This document shows, piece after piece, positions 15,632 to 24,486 of a stretch of 64,000 nt of DNA; position 1 is the first letter of the stretch; each line of letters begins with the position of its first letter. The notes below the pieces were generated by a model, which saw only the letters and a program-made list of their open reading frames with translations, had not been told where the DNA came from and ran no database searches. The translations under genes were made by a program, and so were the position numbers. The stretch comes from a virus: the IMG/VR virus record IMGVR_UViG_3300009103_000004, positions 103,190 through 167,189 of that record; one strand, 5' to 3'.

Positions 15632-15725
15632 AACCCAGTAGAGGAGACTCGAACTCCTCATGGTACCTTGTGACCTTCCTCACGGTTTCTGTGTAAGAGG
15701 GTACCGACCATCCAGTTACTGAGTT
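15632..15725 (-). ncRNA. tRNA-like RNA with T-arm, no canonical anticodon arm or encoded CCA
   Basis: AACTCAGTA/TACTGGGTT terminal stem, GGTACC/GGTACC arm, GAGGAG-TTCGAGT-CTCCTC T-arm. Confidence 0.55.
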
Positions 15726-15746
15726 CTAAATTGATAAAAATAAAGA

Positions 15747-15864
15747 GAGCGGGTGTTGACTTTAACGAGCAAAGGATGACAACAAAGAAACAAACCAAGG
15801 CTCTGGGTACAACACCCGCTCAACTTCAAACCCATATAAGTGAAAGGGGGGGAACTTATATGGG
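15747..15864 (-). ncRNA. two stem-loops with pyrimidine-rich loops (sRNA-like)
   Basis: 12-bp perfect stem 15747-15758/15810-15821 with 51-nt loop; 11-bp stem 15831-15841/15854-15864 with C-rich loop on minus strand. Confidence 0.5.
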
Positions 15865-15877
15865 AGGTAAATGATTA

Positions 15878-16747
15878 CTATTTAAGAGGATTAGTCTTAT
15901 GAGACGTAATCGTCAACGGATTGGCTTTCACCAATTCTGCTTCAGTTGGTACGGAACCTACTGGATACTTTTTATCCATGTAAACTCTGTATTCCATACC
16001 ATCCGGTAGGTGGGCGTCCATGTAGTCAGCGTCCCTTCCGAGGCGCATGAGAGTATTGAAGCCGGAATTAAGGTATTCTTCCGAATCTTCTTCACCGGCG
16101 TTACCGTCACATATGCTTGTAAGCGTGTAGATTATGAGGGGCTCAGATCCACTTCCACTCTCCAATCCCGCCAAGGGAGTATCTATATTGTGTTCATCAG
16201 GATCGTCGAAATCTACTTTCCAAGTGCGAAGTAAATGATCAAGATGCTCCTTAGCATGGTGCAGAGATGGATACCCAAACCAAGTGTCATGGTCCTCGTC
16301 ATACTTATCCATGTCGAGGAGTTTATAATCAGAGAAGATCGCGGATAGCAGCTCATCGGTTTTCGAACTTTCATCCTTAACATTTAGCAAGACATACTCT
16401 TCTGGCCATTGATCCGCCCAGGGTAAACAACCTAAAGTTAGGCTAACGTTACTAAAAATCTCCTCAAACTTACCTTCGCCGTTATCACGATCATACAGAT
16501 CGAATCTAACTTCGTCGGTACCCAAGTCGACCTTCATTACTCTACCGTTGTGGTAGTCCAAGCGTACTTCGTTGTTGGGATGCTTGTGCTCCATCATATG
16601 GTATTCAAGATAAGCTTCAGCGAGCGTCATAGGACGCTGGCCACTTACGTCTGCAAGACCAAAGCCCTGCTGCTTGGAGTTATTATACAACTCCCAGAAT
16701 AGAATCCAGTGGGGAAACCCACTAGGTAGTTTTATTATATTATCCAT
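15878..16747 (-). CDS. hypothetical acidic protein between the ncRNA islands
   Basis: 289-aa ORF; no family recognised. Confidence 0.7.
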   Translation of the reverse strand: MDNIIKLPSGFPHWILFWELYNNSKQQGFGLADVSGQRPMTLAEAYLEYHMMEHKHPNNEVRLDYHNGRVMKVDLGTDEVRFDLYDRDNGEGKFEEIFSNVSLTLGCLPWADQWPEEYVLLNVKDESSKTDELLSAIFSDYKLLDMDKYDEDHDTWFGYPSLHHAKEHLDHLLRTWKVDFDDPDEHNIDTPLAGLESGSGSEPLIIYTLTSICDGNAGEEDSEEYLNSGFNTLMRLGRDADYMDAHLPDGMEYRVYMDKKYPVGSVPTEAELVKANPLTITSHKTNPLK

Positions 16748-16792
16748 GATATGTTACCTATTTGTATTTAGTTTATTTGTTGTGAGAAAACC

Positions 16793-17850
16793 TAATGAGG
16801 AAGGACTGCCTGTAGGCTGATCAGTTCCTTATACCCTAGTCCTATTACGCTAATCGGATACCGAAGTATATGCTGATATAACGTAGCGCCCTTGGTTGTG
16901 TCTCCAGTTAGGGTTGTCTCATTAATACTCTTTTCAGAATAAATTGATGTGGTCCGTCTTGCTCTCTGCCTTTTCGTAGGTTTACTTGGCCAATCAGAGA
17001 ATCGATGTTCATAGCCCCAGACGCCTACTGTATCGGCGGGGGTTGTTGGAAACCTCTTTCGAAGCGTACCACCTTACGCGCGATACCATCTTACAGACCG
17101 ACTAGTATAAGTACATATACGGAAGGACCGTGATCCCTCGCATCGGAGTACAGTCCCCAATGCCATGTAAAAATACATAGTAACTACTAAGTTCAACCAC
17201 AAAGCACTTTTACTTGAATAGTAAAAGATAAGGGAGACCACGCTAGCCCACTTGAACGTGCGCACGTTGTGAGCGACAACGAATGGTGGTTTGTGCTGTA
17301 ACTCCCAAAGATAAAAAGTAGTGAGCCGGTGAGGGGGGTGTCTATGTTTTAACCCGATCCCCACCGGCTCTAATATCCCACTTCCGCTGGAGACGGAGTG
17401 TGGGACAAAGGATGAGGTGGTGGTTACTGTCCGTAGATCAAATAACCACCAAGCGTATGTAGCGGTCGCGCCCGACCCGTGCTGATAAGAAAGACAGCTA
17501 GAACCTCAGCGCTATCCCCTAGAGGAGTCACGGCGGTTCGATTACGTTTGATCTAGCCTATGACCTATCAGTATGCCTTCATGGCGACTTGCATACTACC
17601 TTTTTACCTCAAAAAGTGGAGAAGCATCGACGTGTTAGAACTCCTTACCGACTGGCTTAACTAACCAGCAAGCCGCTACTACAAGCAGCTGGAATGGGAT
17701 CACGAGCATACAACCTTTCAATTTGCCAATGCTTCTTCGCTCGTGTCTTTTTAGGACCATTTCCCTGGTAGGAGTTTTGTTGAGCAGATCCCCTACGGTT
17801 TGTTCTTGTACCTAGGAACAAGAAAAGCAAACGCGAAGAGAATACGTACT
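16793..17850 (-). ncRNA. putative cluster of structured ncRNAs (~1.05 kb)
   Basis: No credible CDS; stems at 16793/16924, 16951/17129, 17232/17306, 17323/17370, 17376/17405, 17419/17450, 17639/17776; promoter motif at 17857-17867 points into it. Confidence 0.55.
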
Positions 17851-17856
17851 CAAGTA

Positions 17857-17867
17857 TATATACCACA
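17857..17867 (-). promoter_or_regulatory. promoter-like motif TGTGGTATATA upstream of the ncRNA island
   Basis: Matches recurrent motif; no start codon of a credible gene follows for about 1.1 kb. Confidence 0.6.
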
Positions 17868-17870
17868 AAA

Positions 17871-18248
17871 TCATATAATATTTCGCGGCATCTCGCCTTC
17901 CTTGGAAAGCTTGTCACTAACAGATGCTTTACGCACTGCTTCATTATAGCCATCAGTACCCACAAGCCCCAGTGTGTTATCAGCTAACTCATACTGATCA
18001 ACTTTATAGATACTCAAAAAGCTTTTGAAATGTATCTTTTCACTTTCATACGCTATCCACTTTCTTAGCCTGTCTACGTGACCAGAAGCTTGAATTATCA
18101 ATCTGACATCATGGAACAGATATGGATAGTATTCTACTTTATTTCGAACAAAGATACCCGGGTTTAATGCTTCAGCTATATTGTTTACAAATATTTGCGG
18201 AAGCGGTTCATCCAAGTCTTTGAGCATTTCATCTTTATGTTGGTTCAT
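17871..18248 (-). CDS. hypothetical protein
   Basis: ORF in tightly packed operon. Confidence 0.6.
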   Translation of the reverse strand: MNQHKDEMLKDLDEPLPQIFVNNIAEALNPGIFVRNKVEYYPYLFHDVRLIIQASGHVDRLRKWIAYESEKIHFKSFLSIYKVDQYELADNTLGLVGTDGYNEAVRKASVSDKLSKEGEMPRNII

Positions 18249-18591
18249 TGCGTTTGAATATATATTTATAATTTTCTTTTGACTCTTTAACTAATTCTTT
18301 TCCCTTACTAGGGGTGTTACTATCAGACATACTGGTTTCTTTAAAAACTGCAAAAAGTCTTCCTATCCACGCCTGTAATGGCATTTCCATCTCAACCTCT
18401 TTACTAACTTCGCCGTTTTTTATTTCCTGTACAGCTATGTCAGCGAGAGTCTCCATACCGAACAATCCCTCGCCCTGCTTTATTGTCATCGTTTCACGAA
18501 CAGTTATACCATTTTTTTCAAAATAGTATTCCGCAACCAAGTGCTTTAGCACAGGGCACATTACTTCATCATCTTCATCATCATCAAACAT
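18235..18591 (-). CDS. hypothetical protein
   Basis: ORF in tightly packed operon. Confidence 0.6.
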   Translation of the reverse strand: MFDDDEDDEVMCPVLKHLVAEYYFEKNGITVRETMTIKQGEGLFGMETLADIAVQEIKNGEVSKEVEMEMPLQAWIGRLFAVFKETSMSDSNTPSKGKELVKESKENYKYIFKRNEPT

Positions 18592-18623
18592 GGGACATTT
18601 TACCTAGGTTTAGTTGTGTAATT

Positions 18624-18887
18624 TTAAAACTCATAGTGTTCAGGATCTGCTTGTACTGCCTCTATTGCTTTCTTGCGAATAGTATCATAACACCAGCCAC
18701 TCATAGTCATGAGGCAGATGTCTACGATTTTGGGGTTTTCATTATAAGCGCAAAGAAGATGCATGGCACGCTTGTGATACGGCTCATCATCTTCGATTAT
18801 CTCCTTTATGAAATACTCCATGAAAGCAGTGCGGTACGGTATACCTTCCTCATCTACAAATGTAAGTTCAGTTTGAGTATCGCTCAC
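18624..18887 (-). CDS. hypothetical protein
   Basis: ORF in tightly packed operon. Confidence 0.6.
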   Translation of the reverse strand: MSDTQTELTFVDEEGIPYRTAFMEYFIKEIIEDDEPYHKRAMHLLCAYNENPKIVDICLMTMSGWCYDTIRKKAIEAVQADPEHYEF

Positions 18888-18888
18888 A

Positions 18889-19074
18889 TTAGTATCTTAT
18901 TTCAGTACCGTATATTGCAGAATCACCAACACTAGATATAATTTGCTCAACCCACTGATCCTTATTCTTAGGCGTTCCGTCTGGATTATAATGTGCTGAC
19001 CTATCTTTAGTCATCCTATACTTGGGAGACTTACGTACTTTTTTAACCGCCTTTTTAGTTTTTTTTGCTGCCAT
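18889..19074 (-). CDS. small basic protein with Lys/Ala-rich N-terminus
   Basis: MAAKKTKKAVKKVRKSPK. Confidence 0.6.
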   Translation of the reverse strand: MAAKKTKKAVKKVRKSPKYRMTKDRSAHYNPDGTPKNKDQWVEQIISSVGDSAIYGTEIRY

Positions 19075-19076
19075 CG

Positions 19077-19220
19077 TTATACCCTCTTTCTCATTGCTTT
19101 AGCTTTATTTCTAAGGCTACGCTCTTGAGCCTTTCCACCACCGGGTCGTCCCCGTTTTCTGTTCTTTTTATTCTTGGTAATTTTCCTACCATATTCTTGA
19201 TACAAGTTATCGTTACTCAT
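19077..19220 (-). CDS. 47-aa basic protein with AT-hook-like KRGRP (not in ORF track)
   Basis: Hand-translated MSNDNLYQEYGRKITKNKKNRKRGRPGGGKAQERSLRNKAKAMRKRV*; fills the gap between neighbours. Confidence 0.55.
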   Translation of the reverse strand: MSNDNLYQEYGRKITKNKKNRKRGRPGGGKAQERSLRNKAKAMRKRV

Positions 19221-19581
19221 TTTTCTTTATTTCCTTATTTTTAGACTCCCAATGATCAGCCTCATATACAAGATCGGCGGAATCATCAGAATCAGTTTTA
19301 TCATCAACCATTGCATCCAGTATAACCCATTGATAGTCGTATGCTAAATTCGCATAGTACTGGACCTGGTGCTGTGCTATATACAATTCATGCTCTAACA
19401 TATATTGCTCGTGTGTCTTCCCAGCAATAAGTTGCCACTTCTGAGGAAGTGTCCATGTTAGATTATCAAAAAGCCACACCGACGTGTGACCTATACCCAT
19501 TCGTGTAGTTACATCGTGGATCCAAAATATAATGTTATTCCACTTATGATTTACCCAGTTAGTTAATTTCAAAAAAATCAT
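19213..19581 (-). CDS. hypothetical protein
   Basis: ORF coupled to neighbours. Confidence 0.6.
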   Translation of the reverse strand: MIFLKLTNWVNHKWNNIIFWIHDVTTRMGIGHTSVWLFDNLTWTLPQKWQLIAGKTHEQYMLEHELYIAQHQVQYYANLAYDYQWVILDAMVDDKTDSDDSADLVYEADHWESKNKEIKKNE

Positions 19582-19790
19582 AAATTTTTCTTGGTTTTCT
19601 TTTTACGAGGTTTGTGCATGGACTTAGCTTTAGATAAAGCCTCTGTCCAATTCTTCTCAAAATATAGCCACGAAGTTCCATCTGGTACGAACTTGTACCA
19701 TATCGCTGTGCCATAGATCTGGGAGTCCCTCTTCTCTAGGACTAAACCTAACTTTTTTGCTATATCCTCAGCATCACTCTGTTTCCCCAT
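19578..19790 (-). CDS. hypothetical protein
   Basis: ORF coupled to neighbours. Confidence 0.55.
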   Translation of the reverse strand: MGKQSDAEDIAKKLGLVLEKRDSQIYGTAIWYKFVPDGTSWLYFEKNWTEALSKAKSMHKPRKKKTKKNL

Positions 19791-20067
19791 TTAATATATC
19801 TCCAAAATCTAACTGTATTCCTTTGTTTAGACGTAGAACTATTTGTTCCACTTCATAAAAGCACACATCTCTTTCTTCGTAGTTATCAAAGCTAAAAACC
19901 TCAAAACATTTACCCGAAGCGTAGAGTCTCACATAGTACTTGTCCCTGCCATGTGACTTGACAGGGCCATCAGCAGTGACTCCACAGATATGAGAAAAAT
20001 TTAATAGGGTATCGCGATACTTTACCCACATACTATATTCCGTGGTATTCCCAACCGCGCTTGTCAC
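19774..20067 (-). CDS. hypothetical protein (start uncertain)
   Basis: ORF track. Confidence 0.55.
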   Translation of the reverse strand: MTSAVGNTTEYSMWVKYRDTLLNFSHICGVTADGPVKSHGRDKYYVRLYASGKCFEVFSFDNYEERDVCFYEVEQIVLRLNKGIQLDFGDILNGETE

Positions 20068-20314
20068 ATACCATTCGAATTAACTGCTTAGCATCCCACT
20101 CATTAAACCATACTTTTTCAAGCAAATGATCCAACCACCCAATAAGCTGCAGGGGAGTTTCAACTCTGTCGTATTCTATTGGGTAGGAAGCTTTCATACC
20201 CTTTTCCCTTAAAAAAAGGATACCGCCGTCATCACCCCATTCGAAGTCCACGTTTCCCGGATCTTCATTGTTCATCTTTTTAAACTCGTTCCATTCTATA
20301 ATTTCAGGTTTCAT
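20033..20314 (-). CDS. hypothetical protein
   Basis: ORF with AACCAAGG leader just downstream of the tRNA. Confidence 0.65.
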   Translation of the reverse strand: MKPEIIEWNEFKKMNNEDPGNVDFEWGDDGGILFLREKGMKASYPIEYDRVETPLQLIGWLDHLLEKVWFNEWDAKQLIRMVCDKRGWEYHGI

Positions 20315-20345
20315 TTTTAGCCTTGGTTAATTTTAAGTGGTTAAA

Positions 20346-20422
20346 TGGTGGGCCCTGTCGGGTTCGAACCGACGACCTGCCGATTATGAGTCGGACGCTC
20401 TAACCAACTGAGCTAAGGGCCC
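20346..20422 (-). tRNA. tRNA with CAT anticodon, most like tRNA-Ile2 (lysidine type)
   Basis: GGGCCCTTAGCTCAGTTGGTTAGAGCGTCCGACTCATAATCGGCAGGTCGTCGGTTCGAACCCGACAGGGCCCACCA; full cloverleaf, encoded CCA, acceptor resembles ileX-type rather than initiator Met. Confidence 0.9.
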
Positions 20423-20428
20423 AAACGA

Positions 20429-20663
20429 CAACGAGGCGGAGCATCAAGGAAGCTTCCATTGTACGCACTCCAACTAGTTTGTACCTCGTTGCCAAATAGG
20501 GCCGATACAGCCGCAGGTAGGTACCTAAAACGGTTTTGTTTAGTTTGTTAACGGTTAGTTTTAGAACTACGACTGTACCGGCAATTTAAAGCCAGTACGG
20601 CGTTGGTCGGTTTGGAAAAGTCCAACTAGTTAATATTTAGTTAGTGACCGCTACCGTACTGGC
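20429..20663 (-). ncRNA. three tandem stem-bounded small RNA-like modules upstream of the tRNA
   Basis: Stems 20429-20436/20484-20491, 20501-20510/20573-20582, 20591-20600/20654-20663. Confidence 0.5.
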
Positions 20664-20669
20664 TAAGCG

Positions 20670-20900
20670 TTAATTGCCTGCGTCGACCTTGGCCTTTAAG
20701 CCGTCTATATCTGTGCGTAGATTAATTACCTCTTCTAACAATCTCTCAATTGTATGATGAGTTTCTATATTACCACGCTGCAGGATATTCATACCCTCAC
20801 GTAAATGCTCCATAACAGATGTAAGTTTTTCAACTTGATCTGTAGCATCTACGTTGGGAAGTACAAAGTTTTCAGGAAGTGCCTTATCCATCGTGCTCAA
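20670..20900 (-). CDS. small coiled-coil protein
   Basis: ORF track. Confidence 0.55.
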   Translation of the reverse strand: MSTMDKALPENFVLPNVDATDQVEKLTSVMEHLREGMNILQRGNIETHHTIERLLEEVINLRTDIDGLKAKVDAGN

Positions 20901-21192
20901 CTCCTATGTTCATAGTTTTAAGTAATTCCTCCCAGTTACCAGATGAATGATCGGGAACAGATATTTGATCCCCACCGAACTGAACGAGTGCTCGTGCAGC
21001 GGCAAATGAATCATTCTTGGCCTGCAGGTCGGAAAAAATATCCACCTGCGATTCATTTAAATCTACCTCAAAGTAACAAGCAGTAAACTCTGGTACTGTT
21101 TCAGCAGTTTTATATAGATCAGCGGAGCTACTCACAGTTTTAACACAAAGACTGTGAAGCCCGTAATCATCTAGTATTCCACAATATTTCAT
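20884..21192 (-). CDS. hypothetical protein
   Basis: ORF coupled by ATGA overlap. Confidence 0.6.
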   Translation of the reverse strand: MKYCGILDDYGLHSLCVKTVSSSADLYKTAETVPEFTACYFEVDLNESQVDIFSDLQAKNDSFAAARALVQFGGDQISVPDHSSGNWEELLKTMNIGVEHDG

Positions 21193-21605
21193 AATATATT
21201 TCTATGCAAGTTTTCTGCAGATGTTTTGGTGGTTGGCAATGCGCTTTTCACATTAGAAGAAACCAACAACTTGTTAGAGTTTTTATTTCTAGATATTATT
21301 TTTCGTTTATAACCCGGAACTTGGAAGTCTTTAAGTGTTGACTCTGGTATAAGTTCGTAACCTGCTCGACGTTTAGCTCGTTCAAGTTTACGAAACTCAT
21401 CCTGACATCTCCAATAAGCTACATCCTCAAACTTAACCTGTGAACTCAACCTGGGACTTGTTCTCCTACCCCACGATGTAATTAATGTAGCTAAGCGTTT
21501 CCCATCATTGTCGTGTTCGTGACCAATGACAAATAGTTCCAAGATATAAACTTTGTCTGATTTTTCATCTTCATAATGTAAGACTTGGCGTTTATATAAT
21601 TCCAT
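21189..21605 (-). CDS. WGR-domain protein
   Basis: SDKVYILEL...ITSWGRR...ERAKRRAGY pattern of WGR domains. Confidence 0.7.
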   Translation of the reverse strand: MELYKRQVLHYEDEKSDKVYILELFVIGHEHDNDGKRLATLITSWGRRTSPRLSSQVKFEDVAYWRCQDEFRKLERAKRRAGYELIPESTLKDFQVPGYKRKIISRNKNSNKLLVSSNVKSALPTTKTSAENLHRNIL

Positions 21606-21607
21606 AA

Positions 21608-22651
21608 CTAATCTTTTAGAGTTATATCATCGATCGAAAGAAATTTAAATTCTTCATTACCTATCCTATGCTCTGCCACGTAATTGTTAAGGCGTGTTAC
21701 AGCTTCATCCATGTGTTCAGGATCAGACGGTAAGTCGTCTAAATCAACACAATTCTGTAATTCCAAACCGGCATCCCATATGTCTCGAGTTATAGGCCTA
21801 AACCCTAAAAACTCAATTGCATTGCGACAGCAATCCAGGAAATCATCTACAGTTCCAGAAGTCTCAACTCCATCACGTATAGCCGAGCCTATTTGATTGA
21901 GCGGTAACCCTGTATACTTGTGAGACGAAGTGTCCCAAAATCTACTTGTAAACAAGCCCTTAAACGTGGCGTTAGCACTACGCTTCGAGCCCATAGCTTG
22001 AGCGGCCTGTTCGTGTAAGAGTTTGTACATAATCTCCTGCTCATCAGAGTAAGGCTTAGCCTTGTATTGACGCTTGGGCGTAGATCTGGAGACCGAGTCA
22101 TCAAGTGGATGACTGGAACTATGTATAACCGTAGCCAAATCCTGTAAGCGAGTATTAACTGCGTCCAATCTACTTTCTAGCAACTCACGCTGCATCACTG
22201 ACTCGGATCGCAAATCTCGTAATACATCAGTACTAGTTTCTCCCTCTACGTAAACACTATATTTACGAACAGTTGGAATAACTTCAGCATTAACCCACCT
22301 CAGGAAATCAACAGCTTCTTGCTTGTCAGAACAAAAAGCCAAAACGTACAGCCCAGGTTCCAGTATAAGATTATCCTCAGGAAATGCGAAAGGTACTATA
22401 TTCCTTATACGATCCATCATATCCCCACAGTTATCTACATCTATGCCCAAAGCACTGTATACGTCTTTAGCGTAAAATGCGGGCTCTCCAGACATTGTGC
22501 GAGATACACGAAGTGAATTATCAAGCCACTTTATAGTACAACTTGATTCTCCTGATAGACTTTCAAGATTTTCTATATTTTCATTAACCTCACCTTCTAT
22601 GACTGCAGCAGCGTCACTTACATTTATAAAATTGGGAGTTGGTGTTTCCAT
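21608..22651 (-). CDS. Bro-N domain DNA-binding protein (antirepressor-like)
   Basis: GEPAFYAKDVYSALG ... ILEPGLYVLAFCSDKQEAVDFLRWVNAEVIPTVRKY. Confidence 0.8.
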   Translation of the reverse strand: METPTPNFINVSDAAAVIEGEVNENIENLESLSGESSCTIKWLDNSLRVSRTMSGEPAFYAKDVYSALGIDVDNCGDMMDRIRNIVPFAFPEDNLILEPGLYVLAFCSDKQEAVDFLRWVNAEVIPTVRKYSVYVEGETSTDVLRDLRSESVMQRELLESRLDAVNTRLQDLATVIHSSSHPLDDSVSRSTPKRQYKAKPYSDEQEIMYKLLHEQAAQAMGSKRSANATFKGLFTSRFWDTSSHKYTGLPLNQIGSAIRDGVETSGTVDDFLDCCRNAIEFLGFRPITRDIWDAGLELQNCVDLDDLPSDPEHMDEAVTRLNNYVAEHRIGNEEFKFLSIDDITLKD

Positions 22652-22666
22652 TATATATTCCTTTAG

Positions 22667-23653
22667 TTATTCATTAGTTTGAACTTCTTCCACATGCTCT
22701 GTGGTTGAGCCCTCAGCAATTAATTCTGCCTCTTCTTGAACGCTATGTTGTTCTCCCCTTTGAATTTCAAATGGGAGCATATTGATGAGCTCTTCGCCTT
22801 CAGCCATTCTACCGTCAGAGTAGTTATACTCTAACATATCCTCTCTTGAGTAAAAAGCTTTGTGCTGCCTGTGTATACCCTCCAAGGTATATACAGGCTC
22901 AAGCTCATTGATGTGTTGAAACGAGCGCATGGGGTAGATGTTGCCGGGTAACATTACCGGCGAGTGTGTACCAAATAAAAACGTAAAGTTGAATTTATTA
23001 TCGTACCCAGCCCAGGGGTCTCCTATATACCAGTATGGTCTGTGATATTCTGATAAGTGCCCTATTACATTAGAATCGGCATTAAGCGTGAAGCTATCAT
23101 CATCAGGGTTTCTGGCCTGCCTGTATATAGCACGCTTGCCAGTAGAAAAATGTAGTAAAACATCTAGCCGATTGTCCCTGGTAAGTTGTTCTACTTCAGA
23201 CGCAGAACCTACGCCATCACAGTCATAGTAAATCAAACCGCCCAACTCTACATTGCCGTCATGTCTGGAAATGTAAGATGCATGCCCATAATGATTTGCA
23301 AGAAGATTTGGAGCGTTACAGTTATCCATGTTATAGCACTCAACAGGCCACATTGAAAAGCTAGTATGAGCTTCCAATCTTTCACAACGAGCTTCATTTT
23401 TTTCAAAAACAAAACCTCTGTAGCTAACTCCTTGTTGCTCTAAAGTTTTGTATATTACAACTGGAGAGCCTAAGCAACGCTTGCCAGCGTTATTACGCCA
23501 CATTCCTAAACCGCCATGTGCGTCTACAAATACAAACTCGTCAAATCTAAGACCCTCAGATACTAACTCTGTGTGTCTTGATGATATATGCTCTACTACC
23601 GAACGAACTATATTTTGTTTGTGAAAACTATATTCACTGTAAGATGTTGTCAT
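22667..23653 (-). CDS. TcmP-like (three-Cys-motif partner) SAM-dependent methyltransferase-fold protein
   Basis: FVFVDAHGGLG ... GSPV ... FVFEKN pattern. Confidence 0.55.
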   Translation of the reverse strand: MTTSYSEYSFHKQNIVRSVVEHISSRHTELVSEGLRFDEFVFVDAHGGLGMWRNNAGKRCLGSPVVIYKTLEQQGVSYRGFVFEKNEARCERLEAHTSFSMWPVECYNMDNCNAPNLLANHYGHASYISRHDGNVELGGLIYYDCDGVGSASEVEQLTRDNRLDVLLHFSTGKRAIYRQARNPDDDSFTLNADSNVIGHLSEYHRPYWYIGDPWAGYDNKFNFTFLFGTHSPVMLPGNIYPMRSFQHINELEPVYTLEGIHRQHKAFYSREDMLEYNYSDGRMAEGEELINMLPFEIQRGEQHSVQEEAELIAEGSTTEHVEEVQTNE

Positions 23654-23654
23654 T

Positions 23655-24434
23655 TTATTTGGTTGCGCCGAACCTGCTGCTTAGCATATCTGCGCAATGG
23701 AAGATAATTGTTAATGGATTTTCAGTACCAGCTAATTCAAACTTGCTGGTCTCATACGCTCCGCCATGAAATTCTATGGCTTCTTTCTCAATATCACTGA
23801 GGTGCTCTAATAGGTTAGGTGCTATTCCAGCAAGCAAGGCAAGGCTTTTAAGCCCACCGTTTTTGATAGAAAGTTTCTTATTCTCGAACAACCAGTTAAG
23901 AGCTCTTCCAGAGCCACCACCAGGCTTACCAGCAGTGGTGAGACGCTCCTTCAATTCAGTAAAAGCAAAACATTCTTTATTTATTTTATAAGGAATCTTC
24001 TCACTAACAGCGCCAGATTTTAATATATTCTCTTGGTACTGCTCATTAGTTGCAGCGTCCATTACTTTATGAATATCGTGAAGAATAGCCACAGTGAGGA
24101 TGTTACCGTCATTAATAACGCCGGGCCAGATGTGATGTTCACGATCTGCAACTGTGCACTTATCTACAAATGCGCACCCTTCGGTAAGCGCAAAGTGATA
24201 TTCTATCAAGCCATCAGCCAAAGCTTTTGCTATACTGAATACCTCCAGTATATGCTTAACAAGGCCTCCAGGATAGGCGTGATGGTATGCAATTTTAGAT
24301 GAAGCAGGTGCTGCTACTAAGAGTGCACTTATATCTTCAATAAAAGAACTTAGTTCAAGAGCCAGTGGCTCCTCTACATGTTTATCGATAAGAGACAAAA
24401 TAGTCTCTATACGTGGATCTAATAATTCTGCCAT
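23655..24434 (-). CDS. HD-domain hydrolase (YhaM-like)
   Basis: APAS..HHAYPGGLVKH, LHDIHK, HGG, HCADM motifs. Confidence 0.8.
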   Translation of the reverse strand: MAELLDPRIETILSLIDKHVEEPLALELSSFIEDISALLVAAPASSKIAYHHAYPGGLVKHILEVFSIAKALADGLIEYHFALTEGCAFVDKCTVADREHHIWPGVINDGNILTVAILHDIHKVMDAATNEQYQENILKSGAVSEKIPYKINKECFAFTELKERLTTAGKPGGGSGRALNWLFENKKLSIKNGGLKSLALLAGIAPNLLEHLSDIEKEAIEFHGGAYETSKFELAGTENPLTIIFHCADMLSSRFGATK

Positions 24435-24486
24435 AACATAAAAAAAGCGCCGGTAGGCGCTTAGGATTTAAAATATAATTTGTGTA

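Noticed and set aside
14820-17870. CRISPR array or regularly repeated guide array for the RAMP-like gene
   Set aside because: No direct repeats with regular spacers found here or elsewhere in the window; the structure consists of non-identical inverted repeats.
15034-17965. ORF-track entries 15034..15249, 15461..15661, 17074..17364 and 17657..17965
   Set aside because: No phage-type leaders, atypical composition, and overlap with stem-loop elements; treated as spurious.
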